A stretch of 41,434 nt of DNA from Candidatus Pacearchaeota archaeon (GTDB taxonomy: Archaea; Nanobdellota; Nanobdellia; Pacearchaeales; GW2011-AR1): NCBI GenBank assembly GCA_023475035.1, contig JAMCXF010000006.1, positions 1-41,434 of the forward strand. Reading direction: 5' to 3'. Position 1 is the first letter of the stretch, and each line of letters opens with the position of its first letter. The notes under the pieces were generated by a model. That model was given only the letters and a program-made list of their open reading frames with translations. It was not told where the DNA came from and searched no databases. Positions 7,712-13,289 of this stretch are shown here, piece after piece. Made by a program: the position numbers and the translations under genes.

Positions 7712-8362
7712 ATGCTCTCAGAAGAAGAAACAGAAGAGATAAAGAAAAAAATTACTTCTCACATAGAAACTAATTTTCCTCCTGAACAGATTTTGTCTGC
7801 AAGAAGTCAGATTGAATCAATGAATTCTGAACAGCTTGAAAAATTTCTTGAAAAGAATAATATAATGATGTCTGACGAGAAAAAAGATGAATGTGTTTTC
7901 TGCGCAATTGCTTCAGGAAAAATAGGCTCTGTAAAAATAGGGGAAAATGAAAAGGCAATTGCAGTCCTTGACATAAACCCAATTTCAAAAGGGCATTCTA
8001 TGGTAATTCCGTTCGAGCATAATGACGTCGCTCCAAAAGAAGCAATGAGTCTTGCAGAAAAAATTTCCAAGGAGATAAAGAAAAAATTTTCACCGAAGAA
8101 TGTGGAATTTTCAAAATCAAAATTATTCGGGCATGAAGTTATAAATATACTTCCGGTTTACAAAGATGAAGATTTTAATTCAGAAAAATCGCATGCAAGT
8201 ATGGAAGAACTTGAAAAAATAAAAGAGGAATTAGAAAAAGAAGAAAAAGAGGAAGAAGAAAACAGCCGTGAGCAGAATTTTAAAGGGAAGTTTACAAAAG
8301 AAACCGATAAGGTGTCTTTTGAAGAAGAGAAATTTTTATGGTTGCCAAAAAGAATTCCATAA
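7712..8362 (+). CDS. HIT-superfamily-like protein with a degenerate histidine triad, an N-terminal extension and a Glu/Lys-rich tail
   Basis: CVFCAIASGKI and NPISKGHSMVIPFEH match the HIT fold. Where H-x-H-x-H-x-x is expected, the sequence is GHEVINIL, so only the first His is retained. Confidence 0.65.
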   Translation: MLSEEETEEIKKKITSHIETNFPPEQILSARSQIESMNSEQLEKFLEKNNIMMSDEKKDECVFCAIASGKIGSVKIGENEKAIAVLDINPISKGHSMVIPFEHNDVAPKEAMSLAEKISKEIKKKFSPKNVEFSKSKLFGHEVINILPVYKDEDFNSEKSHASMEELEKIKEELEKEEKEEEENSREQNFKGKFTKETDKVSFEEEKFLWLPKRIP

Positions 8363-9181
8363 ACTAATTTGCAGAATTTCGAAAATAATAAAAATAATAA
8401 GGCTTATCAGGAAAACAGGAGAAAAAGGAATTCCTTCTCTTATTCTCACTTCCTTGAATTTCCCCATTATTTCTTTTATCTCTCTTTTTGTTACCCCATC
8501 CCATTTTGCTTTTATCATTTTCTTTCCAATTTTCAAATCAGAATAAAGCCAGTCTCCCTCGCGAAGATTTTTTGTTTTTATTTTTCTGATTATGCACGTT
8601 TCATCAACTGCCTTTGAATATATGTAAAGATAAGAGACAATAAAAATCATTACTCCAAGCACTAAGAATAATTTTTCAAAAAATCCTATGATAACAAGAA
8701 TGATGCTTGCAAGAATAATCAGACACATTATTTTTTTATTTTTCCTTAGCAGAACAAAAAATTCTTTTTTGAAAGCTCTGAAATTTTTGGCGCATAAATA
8801 AATGCTTGTTATTATAGTGTATAAAAATCCTACCGACAGGAATATCAAAATAAAATTAAAAAAGGAAGAAAAAATTGCAGACATCATCGGAGGAGCGAGA
8901 ACTGCTCCCAGTCCAATCATTAATTTGGCATCACCGCCTGCAAAAACTCTCGAATAATAAAGAACATTCCCCAAAACAAAAAATACCCCAAAACCAATAA
9001 GCCCGCTGTAAAAAAATTCAAAATCCGCATTAAATAATGAAAAGAAAAATCTGAACCCTAATGCAAATATTATAAGTGCGAAACTAATCCAGTTATCAAT
9101 TTCTTTTGTTTTCAAATCCTGTATTACAGCGAATACAATAAATAGTAATCCCAGAAGCCATAAAAAAATCACCTCATACAT
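8336..9181 (-). CDS. A24-family prepilin/preflagellin peptidase (PibD/FlaK-like)
   Basis: Polytopic membrane protein with two Asp motifs: AVIQDLKTKEIDNW and VFAGGDAKLMIGLG (GxGDxK-like). A soluble insert plus terminal TM follows, as in archaeal A24 peptidases. It is the last gene of the pilin operon. Confidence 0.8.
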   Translation of the reverse strand: MYEVIFLWLLGLLFIVFAVIQDLKTKEIDNWISFALIIFALGFRFFFSLFNADFEFFYSGLIGFGVFFVLGNVLYYSRVFAGGDAKLMIGLGAVLAPPMMSAIFSSFFNFILIFLSVGFLYTIITSIYLCAKNFRAFKKEFFVLLRKNKKIMCLIILASIILVIIGFFEKLFLVLGVMIFIVSYLYIYSKAVDETCIIRKIKTKNLREGDWLYSDLKIGKKMIKAKWDGVTKREIKEIMGKFKEVRIREGIPFSPVFLISLIIFIIFEILQISLWNSFWQP

Positions 9182-9210
9182 AATATAAAATAGGAAATTT
9201 GATTTAAAAA

Positions 9211-9324
9211 TTATGCCTTAACTTCTGTTCCCCTATACTTTCCGCCAGCTCTGTAAGGATGTTTTTTCTTTTCTTTCTTCTTAACTTTTTTCTTGTTCCT
9301 TTTTTCAGAGAATCCGTAATCCAT
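9211..9324 (-). CDS. possible 37-aa lysine-rich mini-protein (not in ORF track)
   Basis: My translation is MDYGFSEKRNKKKVKKKEKKKHPYRAGGKYRGTEVKA. The ATG lies 4 nt after the stop of the 9329..9787 gene, on the same strand and upstream of the peptidase. It could also be a chance ORF in A-rich DNA. Confidence 0.25.
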   Translation of the reverse strand: MDYGFSEKRNKKKVKKKEKKKHPYRAGGKYRGTEVKA

Positions 9325-9328
9325 CTTA

Positions 9329-9787
9329 TTATTCAGCAGGTATTATGCAAATTTGTCCGTTAAGATTATTTGCTAAAGCGCTGACATCATATTTTGATGC
9401 TGTTCCAGTTGGAGCTAATATTGCTGCTTTGTCGTCTATTAATATTGACTCGCAGGATAAATCACAATTTATTGCTGAACATTTTTGTATTGTGTATTGC
9501 GTAAGCTGAGGAGAGTTTGCTAAAACTGCACAGCTTGTCTTTACTGAAAAGTCTTCTTCGTTAACTCTCAAAGTTCTTTCAGCAGAACAAAAAGCGAATT
9601 TCTGACTTAAACTGCAGGCACTTGCGCATTCCTCAACAGTCGAATCAACATTTGTAGGGCTGATAATATTTTTGAAAAAACTCCATCCTGTAGAAAATCC
9701 TAAAATTAAAACAACTAAAATTACTAATCCAAGTATAAGAAGAATAATTGTATTAGTGCTTAACTCTTGTCCTCTTTTATTTAACAT
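9329..9787 (-). CDS. pilin-like protein with class III signal peptide, Cys-rich ectodomain
   Basis: MLNKRG/QELSTNTIILLILGLVILVVLILGF has a basic n-region, Gly, then a hydrophobic helix. The remainder contains about 9 Cys. Confidence 0.6.
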   Translation of the reverse strand: MLNKRGQELSTNTIILLILGLVILVVLILGFSTGWSFFKNIISPTNVDSTVEECASACSLSQKFAFCSAERTLRVNEEDFSVKTSCAVLANSPQLTQYTIQKCSAINCDLSCESILIDDKAAILAPTGTASKYDVSALANNLNGQICIIPAE

Positions 9788-9826
9788 ATTTAGATTACGA
9801 TTATTTTATTTAAAAATGTTTTTGTA

Positions 9827-10153
9827 TTAAGGAGACTGATAATTTACCGAAAACAAAAGAACTTCTTTGCTCCAGAATAAAAAACCCTCTGTCATATTTT
9901 TTCTAAGATGCAATCCGTCAGGACTTTCTCCGTTGAAAATTTTTTCTTCTGCCTGCATGTTTATCTCATTGACCATTCCTATTCCCACAAAAGAATTTCT
10001 CGTCTGAACCATTGAATTAAAAAAACTGAACATTGCAATTCCACAGATTACTATTACTCCGATTACAAGAATTGTTATGGGTATATCTCCCGAGCGATTT
10101 CGCGGAAAGAGGGTCAGTGTCATGCGAGCGGGGTCGCGAGTAGTTTTATTCAT
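9827..10153 (-). CDS. pilin-like protein with long conserved leader (MNKTTRDPARMTLTLFPRNRSG/DIPITILVIGVIV...)
   Basis: ATG at 10153 overlaps the upstream stop (ATGAATAA). The leader is encoded by GC-rich repeat copy A and is followed directly by a hydrophobic helix. Confidence 0.6.
   Translation of the reverse strand: MNKTTRDPARMTLTLFPRNRSGDIPITILVIGVIVICGIAMFSFFNSMVQTRNSFVGIGMVNEINMQAEEKIFNGESPDGLHLRKNMTEGFLFWSKEVLLFSVNYQSP
10087..10141 (-). repeat. 55-nt GC-rich direct repeat, copy A
   Basis: ctcccgagcgatttcgcggaaagagggtcagtgtcatgcgagCggggtcgcgagt. It is identical to 11312..11366 except at position 10129 (C versus T). 35 of 55 positions are G/C by manual count, in a visibly AT-rich window. 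Confidence 0.95.
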
Positions 10154-10418
10154 TATTCGCTTCCTCCAGAATATTGTCAATGATTTCTTTGTTTAAATTT
10201 CCTGCAAGCTGATGGCTGAATGAAGTTTTTTGATTTAATGATTCTGTCTTTTCAGCAACATCAAATTGAATGCTTAAGGTTTGAATAATTTTTGTCTTTG
10301 AAATTAAGATTGAGATGTAAATAAAAACAATCAAAATTCCGATAATAATTATTGTTGCAATTATCCATGAAACTGTTTCACCAATCTGCCCTTTCTTGTC
10401 TGATTTAGATCTTAACAT
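10146..10418 (-). CDS. small pilin-like protein (class III signal peptide)
   Basis: MLRSKSDKKG/QIGETVSWIIATIIIIGILIVFIYI. It overlaps both neighbours (14 nt and 8 nt). Confidence 0.55.
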   Translation of the reverse strand: MLRSKSDKKGQIGETVSWIIATIIIIGILIVFIYISILISKTKIIQTLSIQFDVAEKTESLNQKTSFSHQLAGNLNKEIIDNILEEANNE

Positions 10419-10932
10419 TTTTTTCTGATTTCCTCACTACTGATAAAATTTTTATTATATATTGATTGTTAAGATTGTCGAGGGAATAAAAACTTTTTTC
10501 AACGCATTGTGCAACTCGTTCCTCTTCCTTGTTTTCTTGCAGTTCACAGCTAAGAAGCCATTTGTTATTTCCTTTTTTTAAATTAAAAACAGCAGAATCC
10601 AAATTATTTATGGTGTAAAAATTAACTTCAGTATAATATTGTTCTTCTTCCCATTCATCTGAGGAATTAAAATTGAGGTGGCATCCTTCAAGAAAATTTT
10701 GTTCTGCTCTGAATTCGCCGTTGGAGATTAAATTTCCGTTCATTTTTCCTGCATAAGAAATGCAGTCAGCAATTTGGTTTATCAAAAGATTTGCTTCAAT
10801 TTCTCTTATGTCATACGGACTTCCGTAAAAAATGTAAACCATTGCAAAAATTCCCCCTGCTACAATTATCAAAATCGCAAACCAGTATATTGAAACTACT
10901 TTATCGCCTCGTTTATCTTTTTTTATTCCCAT
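10405..10932 (-). CDS. pilin-like protein (class III signal peptide)
   Basis: MGIKKDKRG/DKVVSIYWFAILIIVAGGIFAMVYIF. Its start overlaps the upstream stop as TAATG. Confidence 0.55.
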   Translation of the reverse strand: MGIKKDKRGDKVVSIYWFAILIIVAGGIFAMVYIFYGSPYDIREIEANLLINQIADCISYAGKMNGNLISNGEFRAEQNFLEGCHLNFNSSDEWEEEQYYTEVNFYTINNLDSAVFNLKKGNNKWLLSCELQENKEEERVAQCVEKSFYSLDNLNNQYIIKILSVVRKSEKNVKI

Positions 10933-11381
10933 TATCTATATCCGTTTATTTTAATTACATAATTATTTTCAGGGAAGATATCAGGATAAGCAGTAACATC
11001 AACATCGTTAAAAAAAGAATATTCATATCCGCCTTTCTCGCTTAATCGGACTGTCACAATATTTCTGTCGCTGTCAATTTTCACAATATCTTCTCTTTGC
11101 AGCCCGTTTTTTTCAGCGAGGACAAAACCTTCTTTCATGTTCAGTATCATTTCTGTCACAGGTTTTGAAGAATCAATTAATAGTGCAATATTTTTTGCAT
11201 AACTTTGCTCAAGAACAATTGCTCCGCTTCCCTGCCTGAATAAAAAAAGCATAAGTATTGAAATAAAAAGAATATTCAGAATAAGAAATATTATATTTTC
11301 AACAAGAAGAACTCCCGAGCGATTTCGCGGAAAGAGGGTCAGTGTCATGCGAGTGGGGTCGCGAGTTCGTTTATTTTTCAT
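10932..11381 (-). CDS. pilin-like protein with long conserved leader (MKNKRTRDPTRMTLTLFPRNRSG/VLLVENIIFLIL...)
   Basis: I prefer the ATG at 11381, which avoids overlap with the 11389 stop; the track start is 11414. The leader is encoded by repeat copy B. The predicted mature N-terminus VLLVE has Glu at +5. Confidence 0.6.
   Translation of the reverse strand: MKNKRTRDPTRMTLTLFPRNRSGVLLVENIIFLILNILFISILMLFLFRQGSGAIVLEQSYAKNIALLIDSSKPVTEMILNMKEGFVLAEKNGLQREDIVKIDSDRNIVTVRLSEKGGYEYSFFNDVDVTAYPDIFPENNYVIKINGYR
11312..11366 (-). repeat. 55-nt GC-rich direct repeat, copy B
   Basis: 54/55 identical to 10087..10141, in the same orientation and 1225 nt away. Confidence 0.95.
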
Positions 11382-11388
11382 TTTATTT

Positions 11389-12261
11389 TCATGCCAGAGT
11401 TTTAATTGATTCACAATTCAATAAATCATAATCATCAGTTGCAATTATTGAAGGTGTATAATATTGCTGTCCTGATTCTCCTATGACAGTTGTTCCTATG
11501 AAATGCCCGCCGACGCCTCCCACGACTGCAACAACGATTATTACTGGAATAGCAACTCCTGCAACTGCCAAGGCTAATGTTGCAATTCCTGCTCCTGCAG
11601 CAGCCCATTGCCCGACGCTGATTTTGCTGTATACTCCCATTGTAATTGAATAGTGCTTGTTGAAATCTATTTCTCCAAATGCAGATTGATTAGTCAGGAG
11701 TGTTTCTTCAATTGCCTGCGAATTTTTAAGTCCGTTTAAGTATTCAAGATAACTTTTGCCTTCTGAAATTTCTGTAGTAGCAAGATAGTTATAAAACGCA
11801 TTTTGTGAAATTTTATTGTCCTCGAAAATTTGGCCCATGCTGTCATCAAAAGTAATCTGCGAGCAGATAGAACAATAAAGCTTAGGCAAAAGTTCTTCTC
11901 CAAGATAATTGACTTTCCCTTCGCCGAACATCCACCAGCAGTCAGCCATTTCATTTGCCAGTATGTCATAAGTTTCAGTGTCACTGGTAACTTTTTTCAC
12001 ATCAAAACTCCCGCTCATTTTTTCACAGCTTCCGTCTTCAGTAAAACATAAATAACTTGTCTTACAGTTCAACGGAATTGATTCTCCTGGAACAACATTG
12101 CTTCCTCTCGTAAGAACAGAATTATGGCAAACTTCTTTTTCAGTTGTCGCTCCAAGATTTAATCGGAATATAAAAAATAAAACAACTGCAAAACTTGCAA
12201 TTAGAATTATAAGTAATACTATTTGCTGTGTTGTGATGTCCCCTTTTTTATTGTTGATCAT
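11389..12261 (-). CDS. large pilin-like protein with an additional C-terminal Gly/Ala-rich hydrophobic segment
   Basis: Internal start MINNKKG/DITTQQIVLLIILIASFAVVLFFIF at 12261, with GGAG 5-8 nt upstream; the track start at 12327 adds a Cys-rich, unlikely extension. The ectodomain is Cys-rich. The C-terminus carries WAAAGAGIATLALAVAGVAIPVIIVVAVVGGVGG. Confidence 0.55.
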   Translation of the reverse strand: MINNKKGDITTQQIVLLIILIASFAVVLFFIFRLNLGATTEKEVCHNSVLTRGSNVVPGESIPLNCKTSYLCFTEDGSCEKMSGSFDVKKVTSDTETYDILANEMADCWWMFGEGKVNYLGEELLPKLYCSICSQITFDDSMGQIFEDNKISQNAFYNYLATTEISEGKSYLEYLNGLKNSQAIEETLLTNQSAFGEIDFNKHYSITMGVYSKISVGQWAAAGAGIATLALAVAGVAIPVIIVVAVVGGVGGHFIGTTVIGESGQQYYTPSIIATDDYDLLNCESIKTLA

Positions 12262-12407
12262 AAAACTCCTATTTGCTTTAGCACAAAGTATAATCCTGCA
12301 AGAGCCAAAATAAAGAAAGCAATCCAAATTATATATTTTATTATTTCATCAAGGCTCATTACGCAAAAACCTCCTGTTTTTGTGTTTGTGGCAAATTTCC
12401 TGTTTAC

Positions 12408-12950
12408 TCATTTTTTCGTTATTTGTATTTGTTCATTTATTTTTTGAATTAAAATCTGCACTCCTGTTTTTTCAATTCTTATTTTTTCAAATTTGGCAAG
12501 ATTCGGAATATTTGTGCATACACCTTTGTCTTCGCATCTTTTTAATTGCCAGTCAAAAAATTCAAGAAGAGTTCTTTCGCAAATACATAAGCAGTTTTCA
12601 TCGAGACAGGAATTTGGTTTTGGTTCTTCTCCAACATAACTAAAGAGAAGCCATTCAGAGGGATTTGGTATTAAAATTCCCTCGCTGCTGTATTCTCCCC
12701 CGCTGTTTATTCTTTCAACTTCAGGAACAATGAGGTTTTTAATGCTTGCATCAGCTTCTTTAAGTTTCTGTTCGCCTGTGACATTAAAATAAATTGCAAC
12801 TAAAAGATAAACCAGAAAGACAATGCAAATTACAGCAATTATTACTTTTAATGTTTCTTCCCCTAATAAAAATCCTCTGCGATTTTTTGGAAAAAAATTG
12901 CAAAGAGAAAAACTCTTGTTTTGACCTTTTTTGTTTTTAGTAATTTTCAT
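12408..12950 (-). CDS. pilin-like protein with long leader (…CNFFPKNRRG/FLLGEETLKVIIAVICIVFLVYLL)
   Basis: The leader motif FPKNRRG parallels FPRNRSG of the two repeat-bearing genes. The predicted mature N-terminus FLLGE has Phe+1 and Glu+5, as in bacterial type IV pilins. Confidence 0.6.
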   Translation of the reverse strand: MKITKNKKGQNKSFSLCNFFPKNRRGFLLGEETLKVIIAVICIVFLVYLLVAIYFNVTGEQKLKEADASIKNLIVPEVERINSGGEYSSEGILIPNPSEWLLFSYVGEEPKPNSCLDENCLCICERTLLEFFDWQLKRCEDKGVCTNIPNLAKFEKIRIEKTGVQILIQKINEQIQITKK

Positions 12951-13105
12951 CTTATTAAAACTCCAAATATCTCAGGAGGAGAAAATCCCCTAAAAAATTC
13001 TAGGATTTGTTCCTTGAAGAAAAAATAAAGCCCAACAGCAACTGCTACAACTACAAGAATTCCCAAAATTATTTTTATCAATTGTTCTGTTGTTAATTCT
13101 GCCAT
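12947..13105 (-). CDS. 52-aa single-TM mini-protein (not in ORF track)
   Basis: My translation is MAELTTEQLIKIILGILVVVAVAVGLYFFFKEQILEFFRGFSPPEIFGVLIR. Its stop overlaps the next ATG (ATGA) and its start overlaps the previous stop (TAATG). Confidence 0.4.
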   Translation of the reverse strand: MAELTTEQLIKIILGILVVVAVAVGLYFFFKEQILEFFRGFSPPEIFGVLIR

Positions 13106-13254
13106 TATCTTCCTCCAAAAATTTCTTTTATTCTGTCAATGAATTCAAATCCTTTTCCTCTTAACAAAAAAATGCTAATCATTATTATCGCAAGAATTAT
13201 CAATCCAATCAAAAGCCACGGAAGATATTCGGAAATCACACCTTTTTTTTTCAT
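13105..13254 (-). CDS. 49-aa pilin-like mini-protein (not in ORF track)
   Basis: My translation is MKKKG/VISEYLPWLLIGLIILAIIMISIFLLRGKGFEFIDRIKEIFGGR. It has a class III-like KKKG followed by a hydrophobic helix, and is the first gene after a TATA-like box. Confidence 0.4.
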   Translation of the reverse strand: MKKKGVISEYLPWLLIGLIILAIIMISIFLLRGKGFEFIDRIKEIFGGR

Positions 13255-13276
13255 TATTAAGAAAATGTTTAAGGAA

Positions 13277-13286
13277 TTATAAATTT
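13277..13286 (-). promoter_or_regulatory. TATA-box-like element (AAATTTATAA on the minus strand) ahead of the pilin gene string
   Basis: Located 23-32 nt upstream of ATG 13254, in the short gap after the platform-protein stop. Confidence 0.35.
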
Positions 13287-13289
13287 ATC

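Noticed and set aside
8336-8362. Convergent 3' overlaps, considered as regulatory antisense arrangements: HIT-like gene versus peptidase (27 nt), and ERCC4 gene versus the 82-aa ORF at 26650..26675 (26 nt).
   Set aside because: Short convergent overlaps are common in compact genomes. Nothing in the sequence indicates a specific function.
10087-11366. The 55-nt repeats considered as att sites or tRNA-derived direct repeats flanking an integrated element, or as a MITE.
   Set aside because: No T-arm or acceptor-like sequence and no terminal inverted repeats. Both copies are in frame within gene leaders and supply the peptidase cleavage motif. The bracketed 1.2 kb holds only pilin-like genes and no integrase.
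13243-13251. T9 (A9 on the sense strand) homopolymer right after the start codon of the first pilin-like mini-ORF; considered as a slipped-strand phase-variation switch.
   Set aside because: A/T homopolymers of 7-9 nt are common throughout this AT-rich window, here simply encoding Lys-Lys-Lys. There is no evidence of length heterogeneity from a single sequence.
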